Source: Trueperaceae bacterium
GTDB taxonomy: Bacteria > Deinococcota > Deinococci > Deinococcales > Trueperaceae
Reading direction: 5' to 3'
NCBI GenBank assembly: GCA_040905465.1
Contig: JBBDRK010000049.1
Span: forward strand, 128,001-192,000
DNA: 64,000 nucleotides
Shown: positions 48,341-58,200 of the stretch, one piece after another
How positions within the stretch are numbered: the first letter of the stretch is position 1
Layout of the letters: each line of letters starts with the position of its first letter
The notes under the pieces: model-generated
Database searches by the model: none
The model's input: only the letters and a program-made list of their open reading frames with translations
What the model was told of the DNA's origin: nothing
Program-made: the position numbers and the translations under genes

Positions 48341-50398
48341 ATGACCAGGGGGATGAGGCGAGGCCTCGCTCGAGCCCTACCCACAATCGCCTGCGCGCTG
48401 GCGCTGAGCTTGTCTTTCGCGGGCCTTGCAGCCGACGGCGACTGGGAGATGCGCGTCTGCGCTGACCCCGACGGCATGCCGTTCTCGAATCGAGACCTTG
48501 AAGGTTACGAGAACCGTATCGCCGCCGTCCTGGCCGAGGAGCTCGGCGCCACGCTCACATATGACTGGTTCACCCAGGGGCCCGACATGGTCAACTTTCA
48601 CCTGCGGGAGGGCCAGTGCGACCTGATCATCGGTGTTCCCGACGGATACGAGGACCTGCTCACAACCGTCGCCTATTACCGCAGCCCCTACGTCTTCCTC
48701 TACCCCACCGACTCGGAGCACAAGGTGACGTCGCTGGACGACCCGGCTTTGGCGGAGATGCGCATCGGCGTGCAGGCGGTAGGAATACCGCCTCATCAGG
48801 GCCTGATCAACCGCGGACTGGGCCACACCGTGGTCCGCCGCTTCGCCGGGCCCGGCCTCACCAACGCGGCCGCCTCCTTCGAACAGGTAGTCGACGCCCT
48901 TGCCAACGAAGAGATCGACGTGGGTATCGCCTGGGGACCGGTGGCGGGCTACGTGGCCGAGCGCTCCGACGTCGACCTGGAAATCACGCCGGTTACGCCC
49001 GAGTTCGAGCCCCCCTTCCTGACAATGGTGTTCGCCATGGCGATCGGAATGCGACCCGGCGATGAGTCTTTTCGCGATCGCCTGGACGTGGCCCTGGTGA
49101 ATCGCTGGCAGGAGATTCAGGCGATCCTCGGTGACTACGGCGTTCCGACCGCTCCCCTTCCGACGCCTACTCTCCCCGCCGATGAACCAAGCGGAACCGT
49201 CGTTCGAGTAGGGGTCGTTATCCCCGGAACAACGGGGCACAGCAGGATTCGCGCCTCGATCAACGACCTGGTGGGCGACGCTGCCCGCATGGGCGCCCTG
49301 ATGGCTGAGAGCGACATAGCCAACCTCGAAGCCGTCGAAAACACTTTGAAGGTGCTGCCCGCCAGTTCACCGAGCGCCGAGGCCGCCTTCCGGGCTGCCG
49401 AGAGACTGGTGGCAACCGAGGAGGTGACTGCGATTGTCGGGGGCCTGGGCGATGGTCAGGCCGAGAGGCTCTCCGAAGCGTTGGCGGCTGGGGAGGTCCT
49501 GTTCTTTAATATCGGCTCCCCGTCGATGGCGTTGCGCGAGCTCTGCAATCCCGCCACCTTTCACATCGAGCCTAGCGCGGCAATGTACCTCGATGCCCTG
49601 GCCGAGTGGTATTCGGAACGAGGGATGGAAAGCTGGTTCGTAGTCCACGAGGACAACCCCGCGGGAGAGGCGCTGCGTGAGCGTGCCGTTCGGGCGATAG
49701 AGAGTCACGGCGGCGGAGAGCTGGCCGGAACCGCCGCAACGACCATCGAACAACCGGTCTACTCGGCCGAGATCAGCGAACTCGAAGTCTCCGGTGCGGA
49801 CGTGGTGCTGTTGCTTCTGGGTCCGGCCGATCAGATAGCCTTCGTATCGCAACAACAGTCGTTCGCCAGCGGCGCTATCGTCGCGATGTACCCGCATCCG
49901 ATCACCCAGACGCGCGATTTTATCGCGGCAACCAGCGACGCGGCCAGGGACGGAGGGGCCGACCAGCGAATGATGTCTTGGGAGACCACTCTCGAGGAAG
50001 GCGCGATGGGTGTGCTCAACGAGCGCTATACCTCGCGCTGGGGTCAGCCGATGGACACGCCTGCCTGGAGCAGCTACCAGGCTATCCGCATCGTCGATCA
50101 GGCCGTTCGCGACTCCGATAGCGACGATTCGGCAGCACTCGTCGCGTACCTCGAATCTCCGGATACGTCGTTCGAGGCGAAAGGGCTCGAGCTGTCGTTC
50201 CGGCCATGGGACCACCAGCTGGGTCAACCGCTGTACGTGGTCGACGTGAATCCCGACGCTCAGTGGGGAACTAACCTCTCGCAGATGGTGGCGTTCGCCG
50301 AATTGGCGGGAACGGTGCCGAGCGAGCTGGGGGATGGGGCACGGGAACGTCTGCTGGCGTTGGGCGACGACGAGGAAGCGTTGGCTTGCCGACGATGA
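48341..50398 (+). CDS. Fusion: XoxJ/MxaJ-like + LutA/PedA1-like binding domains (paralog of 35324-37387)
   Basis: MRVCADPDGMPFSN...GYENRIA, CDLIIGVP, T.AYYRSPYVF, DVGIAWGPVAGY, MAIGMRPGD. C-half ends AKGLELSFRPWDHQLGQPLY. Confidence 0.82.
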   Translation: MTRGMRRGLARALPTIACALALSLSFAGLAADGDWEMRVCADPDGMPFSNRDLEGYENRIAAVLAEELGATLTYDWFTQGPDMVNFHLREGQCDLIIGVPDGYEDLLTTVAYYRSPYVFLYPTDSEHKVTSLDDPALAEMRIGVQAVGIPPHQGLINRGLGHTVVRRFAGPGLTNAAASFEQVVDALANEEIDVGIAWGPVAGYVAERSDVDLEITPVTPEFEPPFLTMVFAMAIGMRPGDESFRDRLDVALVNRWQEIQAILGDYGVPTAPLPTPTLPADEPSGTVVRVGVVIPGTTGHSRIRASINDLVGDAARMGALMAESDIANLEAVENTLKVLPASSPSAEAAFRAAERLVATEEVTAIVGGLGDGQAERLSEALAAGEVLFFNIGSPSMALRELCNPATFHIEPSAAMYLDALAEWYSERGMESWFVVHEDNPAGEALRERAVRAIESHGGGELAGTAATTIEQPVYSAEISELEVSGADVVLLLLGPADQIAFVSQQQSFASGAIVAMYPHPITQTRDFIAATSDAARDGGADQRMMSWETTLEEGAMGVLNERYTSRWGQPMDTPAWSSYQAIRIVDQAVRDSDSDDSAALVAYLESPDTSFEAKGLELSFRPWDHQLGQPLYVVDVNPDAQWGTNLSQMVAFAELAGTVPSELGDGARERLLALGDDEEALACRR

Positions 50399-50537
50399 TG
50401 GCCCGCGTCGCGCGGATCGCTGAGGGCCACCGCACTTTTCCCGGGGTCACGGTTACATGAGGTGATCGGGCTTACCGTGAATCGATGACCGGTCCGCCGG
50501 GCCGGTGATTCGATCGACGCGAACAGGGGGAGCAGAA

Positions 50538-51599
50538 ATGGCGTATTGGAGAATTTTACTGGCCGTAATCACGCTTCTGTGGGCGGCGCCGGCATTGGCG
50601 CAAGGTAGCGCAGACGGCGGCGACGACAACGGAAGCGCAGCGGGCGAAAGCGCCGCTGGGCAAAGCGAGGACGGTGCGGCCGCCGGTGACGATGCGGTTG
50701 GCGACGATGCGGTTGGCGACGACGCTGCTGGCGATGACGCGGCCGGCGACGAAGGTGCTGTCGGTGACGACGGGGCCGAGGGCGACGATGGCGCAGCCGG
50801 CGATGACGCCGCAGTCGGTGACGATGGGGCCGAGGGTGAGGACGCCGAGGCCGCCGCCGAGGAGCCGCAGGTGCAGCGCTGGACGTTCGAAGCGTTCGAC
50901 GCCGATGGCGACAGCAGCTTGACGGTAGGGGAGTTCGGGACCGGTCTGTTCGAACTGGTGGTAGGCGACGGTGAGGGTCTCGGCCCGGACCAGTACGAGC
51001 ACGCGGCACAGGCGTTCGGGGTCGAAGCTCAGGAGGTCGACTTCGAAACCGCCGACGTGAACCAAGACGGCATAGTGACCGATGACCAGGAGTTCATTCC
51101 TGCCGTGGCGACCCGCGTGTTCGAGAACTGGGACGCGGACGGCGACAATGCTCTGAGCGCCGAAGAGTATCGCACCAACATGTTCTCTACCTTCGATGCC
51201 GACGCTGACGGCACCGTGAGCGCCGACGAGTTCGAGCCGTTTGCCGCCTGGTTCGACACCGGCTTCGAAGAGGTCGCCGGCGGGGGCGCTGGCGGCTTTA
51301 CCGAGGACTTCTTCATGGAGGACGGCTTCGGCGCGGGCGACGGCGCGGGCGACGGCGCCGATGAAGGCGCTGCCGACGACGTAGAGACGCCTGCGACTGA
51401 AGACGACGATGCGGATACAGAAGACGCAGACATGGAAGACACCGACACAGAAGACGCGGAAACAGACGACGCGGACACCGAGGGCGCCGGTGAAGATGGT
51501 GCCGGCACGGACGACACGGATGACGACACGAATGACGGCACAGAGGACGGCGACGTAGGAGGCGGCGGCGAAGCCGACGATGCCGGCAGCGACTACTGA
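50538..51599 (+). CDS. Secreted hyper-acidic multi-EF-hand protein
   Basis: Signal peptide ending ALA-Q. EF-like loops DADGDSSLTVGE, DVNQDGIVTDDQE, DADGDNALSAEE, DADADGTVSADE, flanked by GDDA(V/A) and EDADT low-complexity repeats. GGGGGAG RBS. Confidence 0.85.
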   Translation: MAYWRILLAVITLLWAAPALAQGSADGGDDNGSAAGESAAGQSEDGAAAGDDAVGDDAVGDDAAGDDAAGDEGAVGDDGAEGDDGAAGDDAAVGDDGAEGEDAEAAAEEPQVQRWTFEAFDADGDSSLTVGEFGTGLFELVVGDGEGLGPDQYEHAAQAFGVEAQEVDFETADVNQDGIVTDDQEFIPAVATRVFENWDADGDNALSAEEYRTNMFSTFDADADGTVSADEFEPFAAWFDTGFEEVAGGGAGGFTEDFFMEDGFGAGDGAGDGADEGAADDVETPATEDDDADTEDADMEDTDTEDAETDDADTEGAGEDGAGTDDTDDDTNDGTEDGDVGGGGEADDAGSDY

Positions 51600-51677
51600 G
51601 ACGACTACCGCTCGATCGGTGAGCTCGCCGAGCTCATAACGGGTGCAACCGGCAGAAACCAATGGAAGCTCGATCGT

Positions 51678-51720
51678 AACGGGGGTCAGGCGCCGCAGAA
51701 CGGGGGCGCCTGACCCCGTT
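51678..51720. terminator. Long hairpin between convergent genes (probable bidirectional terminator)
   Basis: AACGGGGGTCAGGCGCC ... GGCGCCTGACCCCGTT (one bulge). Confidence 0.65.
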
Positions 51721-51800
51721 CACTCACTGAGGCCGCCCGTTCTCAGTGCCGTGCCCCGACCATTGCCAGTCCGCGCGCGGAAACCGCGCTAGCGGACGGC

Positions 51801-52463
51801 TCAGTTCACCCTGAACACCGAAAACGTGCGCGAGACCTCATCGAAGATCCCGTAACTGCTCCCGGGCGTTCGGTCGCGGGGGAGGCTCACCGAACCCGGA
51901 TTGAGAAACGCCTGGACGCCCGGTTCGAGGCGCAACGTTCCTTGCCCTTCGCGAAACGGCCGCACGCCCCACGCACCATCCGGCTCCCGCAGGAACGCTC
52001 CCGGCACATGTGTATGACCAACGAAGTAGACGTCCCGCTTCATGTGACTGGCGTTCGACCTCGCCACCGGCACGCTAATGAGGTACTCGAAACGGGTGCG
52101 CAGCGCACCGTGGACAGCAGCCCAGTCATCGTCCAGATACTCGGGCTGCAGCCGGTCGAGGAACTCCAAATCGTCGGGCCCGAGCTCGCGCAGATGGGAG
52201 GCCAGGATGTCGTTGATCCGGTCGGCGGCGTTCGGCGCACGACCCTGGCGCAGGATGTCGAGCATCGCTTCGTGATTGCCGCTGAGCGCGGCCCGAAAGT
52301 CCAGCGTTCGCAACCTGGCTACGGCAGCCGCCGGCTCGCTGCCGTAGCCGATGGCGTCTCCCAGGAAAACGACCTGGTCCCAGCCACGCTCGGCGGCATC
52401 GGCCAAGACCGTGTCGAGACTCCGTGCATCGGCGTGGACGTCGGAGATGACCAGAAGGCGCAC
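51801..52463 (-). CDS. Metallophosphoesterase (calcineurin-like)
   Basis: GTG start 52463. ISDVHA, LGDAIGYG, GNHE, VHG, GHTHVP, NPGSV. Confidence 0.9.
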   Translation of the reverse strand: MRLLVISDVHADARSLDTVLADAAERGWDQVVFLGDAIGYGSEPAAAVARLRTLDFRAALSGNHEAMLDILRQGRAPNAADRINDILASHLRELGPDDLEFLDRLQPEYLDDDWAAVHGALRTRFEYLISVPVARSNASHMKRDVYFVGHTHVPGAFLREPDGAWGVRPFREGQGTLRLEPGVQAFLNPGSVSLPRDRTPGSSYGIFDEVSRTFSVFRVN

Positions 52464-52516
52464 GCCTTCATCTTGGCACGAGTGGGCGAATCGGGGACCG
52501 AGCCGGCCACCTGGGC

Positions 52517-53740
52517 TCAGCGGTCGCCATCGCCGTCGCCACCGTCGCCGCCACCGTTGCCATCGCCGTCGCCGGCAACAGACGATGGCCATTCATCCCT
52601 GAGTTGGGACGACGAGATGTCCTCGTGAAACCTATCCTCGGGAAGCGCCTGGAACAGCTCGCGGGCAGCCGCCGGCACGTCCAGGTGCTCCAGCGTGAGA
52701 AAACGCCCGTCGCGGCGCCGGCCCGCCACGAGGAACCTGGCACCCAGAGTGCGCAACTCCTCCAGAGCGCCTATGCGGCTCTCTTCCGAGCCGTAGAACC
52801 GGCGCTCGAGCAGTCGGACCGCCGTATCGACCCCGACGACGAACGTATGGCCCGGAAACAATCGGGCCTTCTCGTTGAACAGAGGCGAGCGGGTGAGCAG
52901 CAGCGAGCGATTGCCGAGAAACTGGGCGGCGCGTCGTCGCGCCTCCGCCAGCCCGATCTCCTCCTTGTCGGCATTCGCCAGCGGCAGTTCGAACACCACC
53001 TCCGAGCCCAGGTAGGCGCCGGCCGCCTCGGCCAGGCGAATGTGGCCGTGGTGCACGGGATTGAAGGCGCCGCTCAGGATTGCCGCGCCCTCGGGAACCC
53101 GTTCCGCCACCTCACCTGCCGGCGTGACCTGAAACCAGCTCCTTCGTCCTGCTTCGAACTCGGCGGCTATCCCGGTCGCCACCAATCTCTGAAGCAACTG
53201 CTCGCCGGCGACCAGTTCCGGTAACGGTGCGCCCAGTACACCCTTGGCGTCGGCGACCGCTCTCATCACCAGCGAGCTCACCACCCGTTCCTCGCCGGCC
53301 CGGTCGCGTTCGCCCTTGGCGAGCCGCAGGCTGTAGTGGTGGATCCCGAACGTATCGTGGACGGCCGCTTCACAGCGATGCTCGCCGCGCTTGGTTCGGT
53401 CGGTGGCGATGGCGGCGCTCAGTCCCAGTCCGAACGTCGGCAGGTTGGCGCGGGCCAACGCGCTCGCGCGCCGTTGTGCCTGCTCGGCCAGCGCGGCAGC
53501 AACCTCCGAAGATGCGAAGCGCTTCGGCGTGAAGCCGACGGCTTCGATCAATGAAGCCGTCGTGTAGTGATCTACCGCTTCCAGCACGGTACGAGACGAA
53601 CCGGCAACGCTATGCAGCCAGTACAACGCCTCGGCTCCGGCCCCGGTGAACTTCATGACCATGAGGGGGGCGCCCGCGTGGATGTGCTCGAGCAGGGCGA
53701 GCGGCGGACCGTGGTCTGGCGAGCGGCCAGGTTCGTTCAT
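52517..53740 (-). CDS. CinA/PncC-like N-domain fused to an HxGH nucleotidyltransferase (NMN-adenylyltransferase-like)
   Basis: TGAG...GSSRTVLEA...Y, AIATDR.KRGEHR; SGAFNPVHHGH, NADK, PLF.EKA.LFP, VVGVDT..RL, DISSS. Start trimmed to ATG 53740. Confidence 0.8.
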   Translation of the reverse strand: MNEPGRSPDHGPPLALLEHIHAGAPLMVMKFTGAGAEALYWLHSVAGSSRTVLEAVDHYTTASLIEAVGFTPKRFASSEVAAALAEQAQRRASALARANLPTFGLGLSAAIATDRTKRGEHRCEAAVHDTFGIHHYSLRLAKGERDRAGEERVVSSLVMRAVADAKGVLGAPLPELVAGEQLLQRLVATGIAAEFEAGRRSWFQVTPAGEVAERVPEGAAILSGAFNPVHHGHIRLAEAAGAYLGSEVVFELPLANADKEEIGLAEARRRAAQFLGNRSLLLTRSPLFNEKARLFPGHTFVVGVDTAVRLLERRFYGSEESRIGALEELRTLGARFLVAGRRRDGRFLTLEHLDVPAAARELFQALPEDRFHEDISSSQLRDEWPSSVAGDGDGNGGGDGGDGDGDR

Positions 53741-53908
53741 TCCGGTAGCGTAGCCCTTCCGAGCCGGGCAGTGCCATGCGGTGACGGACTCGGGCTGCGC
53801 CACCGAGAACAAAGCTGTAAACTCCTGTCACTCAAGCGCCAGACACGCCTCTACTCTGTGCCGCGTCCGACTACTCTTGCAAAGGACGCAGCTGGCGGGT
53901 GAGTCGGT

Positions 53909-56662
53909 CTACTCGCCTTCGTCTCGTTCCGGTTCCTCTCCGTCCCCAACGACTCCGCCCTCGAAGAACCGGATAGGCCGCTCCTGTGGCCGAAGCTCGA
54001 TCACCACCGTATTCTCGCCCGACGTGAGGTCGATCGTCTGCTCGGCCGGCTCGAGCTGGTAGAGGTCGGACAGGTGTGGAGCCGTGGCCACGAGGCGCCA
54101 CTCGCCGGGGGGCAGGCGTCCGAACTCGAACCGGCCGCGCCCATCGCTGGTGGCGCGCCGTACCGACTGGCCTCCCCTCAACTCGAGAAGGATCCCGCTC
54201 ACCAGCTCGGCCTCTCGCTCCGGTCTACCTATGCCATAGACGGCGGTATTCTCACCTCCCGCGGGGACCACGAAGCTGACCTGTCCTCGCAAGCGAGCCG
54301 CATCCACTATCCTGAAGTCGACCTGGACGTTCGAGCCCGCCTGAACCTCCAGCGGAAGCGGGCTGGCCGGTACCGTCAGCTCGCGACGAGCGAGGCTGTC
54401 GGGATGCACGATGAGCTGGTGGGTCCCCTCCGGTACCGCGGGGAAGAGATAGCTCCCGTCCTCCTGGGTTACCGCCGAGCGCCCGGCGACCCGGAGAACC
54501 CGGAGGTCGAGGGGTTCTCCGTTTGCGTCGACGACCGTGCCCGAGACACTGCCCACCGTCGACAAGGGGCCGAGCGGCACGTCGATATCGTGTGAATAGG
54601 CCAGGCGAAGCGTGAGCCCGGCACTTCTGCTCCGGTAGAGATTCCCTCCCATAGTGATCGTCAACTTTCGCGCGGCATCGGGCACGTATCGGCCCTCGAG
54701 GTCGAGCCTCAGGACACGATCTCCCACCAGCCCCCAATCCCCGCCGGCGATTACCTCCAGGTCGGGCGTCACCGCTCCCGACCAGGCCGTTCGCAAGTTC
54801 AGGCTGGTGAACGAGCGCTCGTCTCTGGAGTAGCCCAGCTCTACTTCGGACGTCAGCTTGCCGCCGGCGGCAGGAGACCTCGCTCCCGCGCTGTAAGAGT
54901 AGGAGTACCGGGCACCGTCGACGGCCGTTCCCGACCGTCTCCGCAGGTCGATTCGCTGCTGGAGTTGAGTGTCATCCAGGAAGGTTCCGACCGAGACGCT
55001 GACCTCGTCGTCCTGACTTTCCCGGCTCGTCTCGCCAATGGTGGCTCGGTACTCGTGGGTATACTCCAGGCCCAGGTCGGCGCCCGCGATGGTGCCGTCG
55101 AATCCTATCTCCACTCTCGAATCCTGCTGCTCGATCACTCTCGGAGGGAACCACATCGTGCCAGTCCGGTACTCGGAATCGAGCCGGTAGCTTATCTCGA
55201 GATTGCTGGGGAAGTTCACCCCGAAGGAGATGGAAGCCGCGGCCGAGAACGTGGAGCGGTCCGACTGCTCGTCGTCGTAGCCACTCTCCCGGGCCCTGAA
55301 ACCGACGTCCAGATCGAGAGGCCCTTCCGCTATGCCGCCTCCGAGCCAGAGCGCCCGGCCTGCCTGACCAGAAGCGTCCTGTCGGCCGGCATACTCCACT
55401 TCGAGATCCAGGGCCCGTGCTGCCGGCGACGCGCTATTTGGCTTTGGGAGCAGTTGCCAGCGTGTTCCGAAATGCGACTCTCCGTCAACCGTCATGATCT
55501 GAGCGGAAGCTCGGAGAGACTCCTCCAAGGTAAAGCGAGCGCTTCCCCCGAACCCGGCTCCACTCTCACCAGCTAGCATGAACGCCTCCGCGGAGAACCG
55601 CAGGACGTTTATCGGCCACAACTCCGCCTTTGCGCTCACGCCCACGCCTGGGAGTTCCGGAAACAATGGCGCGGGGCTGATGCTCTGCCGACCGAGCGAG
55701 ATACGAAACTCGTCGTGCCGGTACTCGAGGAGGGCGCGATGCTGAGCGCTACCCAGGCCGGTCCCCAGCCGGATCCTGAAGGCGCCCGGCTGACGGTCCC
55801 ACAGCTTCCCCTGGCCGTCGACTTCGATAGTCGCGCGTTGCACAGCCGCTGCTGGATCGCCTCCCAGTTGGCCGAGGTTGATACTCGAAGTCGAAGTCAG
55901 TTTCAGCGGGAAGCTGTGTCTGGCGCTGGAGACGTCCGATTCGTGCGGGATGAGATCGACGGTTGCTTCGGCTACTCCGCCCAGCGACTGAGGTTGCATG
56001 TCCATGCCTTCGGCCCGCAGAGTCAACAGGTGAACCTCCGACCTGCTCAGGTCGGACGGGACGCCCACGCGGACGGCGATCTCGCGCGTCTCACCCGCCT
56101 CGAGATGTATTTCCTCGACCTCGAGTTCGAGTCGAAGCCCGAGGTTATCTTCTGCGGTCAGCCTCAGAGCAGCGGTGGCGTTGCCGCCATTTCGCACGGC
56201 GAATACTGCCGTGTAGTCACCAGCCACCACCACTCCTGGCGCGTCTAGCAGTAGCACCTCGACATCGGCTACCGCGACCACTCTCACCTCGAAATCGACG
56301 GAGTTCGCGGCTTCTCCCCCCAAGGCGAGAACCGTGATCGTATAGGAACCGGCCTCGGCGTGCTGGGGCACCAGCAGACTGAACACCTCGGTGGTCGTCT
56401 CGCCCGGCGCCAGCGTCATCCGCACCGGTGGAACGAGTAAGCGCCAGCCGGCCGGCAACTGTGGCTCGAGTGTTCCGTTCCACGCGTCGTCACCTATGTT
56501 CCCCGCCATCAGGACGAGGTTCGCCGTCTGCCGTGGGGCCAGTTCAGTGGGCGGCGCCAGCGCCGTCAGGTTGAGGTTCGCCTGGGAATCTACTATCCCG
56601 ACAACCAGGAACACGCTCATGAGCCACGAGTGCCGGAGGACTTTTCTGGCCGGCACCTTCAT
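53909..56662 (-). CDS. Large exported protein: Ig-like (NEW3) domains + predicted beta-barrel + carboxypeptidase-regulatory-like domains (usher-like)
   Basis: Signal peptide; LPAGW...L.PGET...VP..AEAGSY.I.V; amphipathic beta-strand-rich centre; GSVSGTVVDANG, T..DGSY.F..VP.G, SDGRGRFEF..LPPGEW. Confidence 0.65.
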   Translation of the reverse strand: MKVPARKVLRHSWLMSVFLVVGIVDSQANLNLTALAPPTELAPRQTANLVLMAGNIGDDAWNGTLEPQLPAGWRLLVPPVRMTLAPGETTTEVFSLLVPQHAEAGSYTITVLALGGEAANSVDFEVRVVAVADVEVLLLDAPGVVVAGDYTAVFAVRNGGNATAALRLTAEDNLGLRLELEVEEIHLEAGETREIAVRVGVPSDLSRSEVHLLTLRAEGMDMQPQSLGGVAEATVDLIPHESDVSSARHSFPLKLTSTSSINLGQLGGDPAAAVQRATIEVDGQGKLWDRQPGAFRIRLGTGLGSAQHRALLEYRHDEFRISLGRQSISPAPLFPELPGVGVSAKAELWPINVLRFSAEAFMLAGESGAGFGGSARFTLEESLRASAQIMTVDGESHFGTRWQLLPKPNSASPAARALDLEVEYAGRQDASGQAGRALWLGGGIAEGPLDLDVGFRARESGYDDEQSDRSTFSAAASISFGVNFPSNLEISYRLDSEYRTGTMWFPPRVIEQQDSRVEIGFDGTIAGADLGLEYTHEYRATIGETSRESQDDEVSVSVGTFLDDTQLQQRIDLRRRSGTAVDGARYSYSYSAGARSPAAGGKLTSEVELGYSRDERSFTSLNLRTAWSGAVTPDLEVIAGGDWGLVGDRVLRLDLEGRYVPDAARKLTITMGGNLYRSRSAGLTLRLAYSHDIDVPLGPLSTVGSVSGTVVDANGEPLDLRVLRVAGRSAVTQEDGSYLFPAVPEGTHQLIVHPDSLARRELTVPASPLPLEVQAGSNVQVDFRIVDAARLRGQVSFVVPAGGENTAVYGIGRPEREAELVSGILLELRGGQSVRRATSDGRGRFEFGRLPPGEWRLVATAPHLSDLYQLEPAEQTIDLTSGENTVVIELRPQERPIRFFEGGVVGDGEEPERDEGE

Positions 56663-56737
56663 TGGATCAGGCCGAGACTGCCTGAACGCCGGCTCGACTC
56701 GAGCAACCGAGACAGTCGCGCAACCGTGGTACCGGGT

Positions 56738-57577
56738 TCAGGGAGTACCGACACGCAGTGTGTAGCGAGCTCCAAACACGTCCTCGCCACCGGCGTCGAC
56801 CACCACGATGCCGGTGTACTCGCCGGGCGCGAGATTCGCGAGCCGAAAGGTCTGCCCCACTCGTTCTTCCGGAAAGACCAGCGGCGGCTCGCCTTCGAAC
56901 CGCCGCACGTGCTCGCCGCCGCCGTCGTACAGATCGAGGTAGCTGTCGGGCCACACGAGCCGTTGACCCGAGTTGACGAGTGATACCGAGAAGGCCCACC
57001 CGTCCTGCTCATGAACTTTCAGGCTTGGATTCGTGAAAGCGAGCTGCACCGGCGTGCGCGCCCGAGCATTGGTAACCAGGTAAATACCGTATCGAGTCAC
57101 CGACCTGATCCGCACCCCTTGGGCGGCTGCAGCCTCGCCGACTGGGGCATTCTCCACCATCACCATGCTCCAGTAGGAATCGTGGAGGCCCGGGTCGTCG
57201 GGTACGCTGACCGTGTAGCCGACGGTTGCACTTTCACCGGCCTCGATCTGCACCGACCCCAACTCGAGCTCGATCCAATCGGCGTTGGAGCGGGGATGAC
57301 TACCCGGCTCCAGGAAAGCCTGTACATCCCCCTCGAAAACGACGTCGTTGATATAGATCGTTGCCGTTGCCGCGGCAGTGCTCTGGTTCCGCAACGTCAA
57401 CGTTCCCCGGTAACTATCGCCTGGCCGCGCATCCTCCTGGATGTAGATCAGGTCGCCGGCTACCGCGATCTGGGCACGTGCCGGGCTAGCGAACTGGCTT
57501 GCGAGAGCCAGCGCGAGGGTAACGAACAGCGACGAACGACCGAGCCGTTCGAGTGCCCCAAGCGGCAGTTGGCTCAC
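56738..57577 (-). CDS. Exported PapD/DUF916-like pilus chaperone-like protein
   Basis: Signal peptide; G...L.N......IY..D...HPRSNADWI...GE...V.YTV.VP...SYWSMVMVE...RYGI; second Ig domain N.G...L.PGEY...VV.D.G..DVFG. Confidence 0.65.
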   Translation of the reverse strand: MSQLPLGALERLGRSSLFVTLALALASQFASPARAQIAVAGDLIYIQEDARPGDSYRGTLTLRNQSTAAATATIYINDVVFEGDVQAFLEPGSHPRSNADWIELELGSVQIEAGESATVGYTVSVPDDPGLHDSYWSMVMVENAPVGEAAAAQGVRIRSVTRYGIYLVTNARARTPVQLAFTNPSLKVHEQDGWAFSVSLVNSGQRLVWPDSYLDLYDGGGEHVRRFEGEPPLVFPEERVGQTFRLANLAPGEYTGIVVVDAGGEDVFGARYTLRVGTP

Positions 57578-57687
57578 CCTGCCCTTATCGCGTCCGCCAG
57601 GTAGGTTGCAACTATCGGCATGCTCCGCCGTAGCTTATCATTACCGGCTCTAAGCGAGCCGGCACGGAGATCTAACGGGTCTTACGA

Positions 57688-58182
57688 CTAACTGCCGCCG
57701 CCGGCCGTAATAGTGTATCTGATAACGATATCGGTATCGTCGATGGGACCGGTTGCCACGGCACCGAAGGTGACGGTGGCCGTGCCGCCGGTCGTGCCGC
57801 TCGAGATCCCTGTTATCAGGTTACTAGTGCTGTTGGTCACCACCACCGACGTGCCGGAACCGGCACCGGTGTCGGCAGCGGCGGTTGCCGTCAGCGTGAG
57901 ACCGTCGGGCAGGGTGCCGTTTGCCTGAACAGTTATCCTTCGGATTATCGTCTGATTGTTCGAGTACTCGAGTGCGTGAACGCCGGCGATCGTGGCTTCG
58001 TAGTCGCCGGTTGCGGTCTCCGTATCGAACGTTATCGCGACGTCCCCGGTGGTAGTGATGCTGTCTGCGACTCTCCAGAGGACTGCGATGGTCGAATCGA
58101 CGGTATTGGGTTGCCCGAACGACGCCGTCAACAGCAGCAGCGCGACCAATGGCAACGGTATCTTACGGATTAGCTCTCTCAC
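57688..58182 (-). CDS. Exported Thr/Gly-rich pilin-like subunit
   Basis: Signal peptide, all-beta composition, RITV...LP.GLTL, LITGI, terminal V.YTIT strand. Lower GC than neighbours. Confidence 0.6.
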   Translation of the reverse strand: MRELIRKIPLPLVALLLLTASFGQPNTVDSTIAVLWRVADSITTTGDVAITFDTETATGDYEATIAGVHALEYSNNQTIIRRITVQANGTLPDGLTLTATAAADTGAGSGTSVVVTNSTSNLITGISSGTTGGTATVTFGAVATGPIDDTDIVIRYTITAGGGS

Positions 58183-58200
58183 GGCGTCCCCTCAATTGAA

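Noticed and set aside
50538-51599. Canonical lanmodulin (lanM)
   Set aside because: Loops lack the position-2 proline and the protein is much larger; kept only as an analogue hypothesis.
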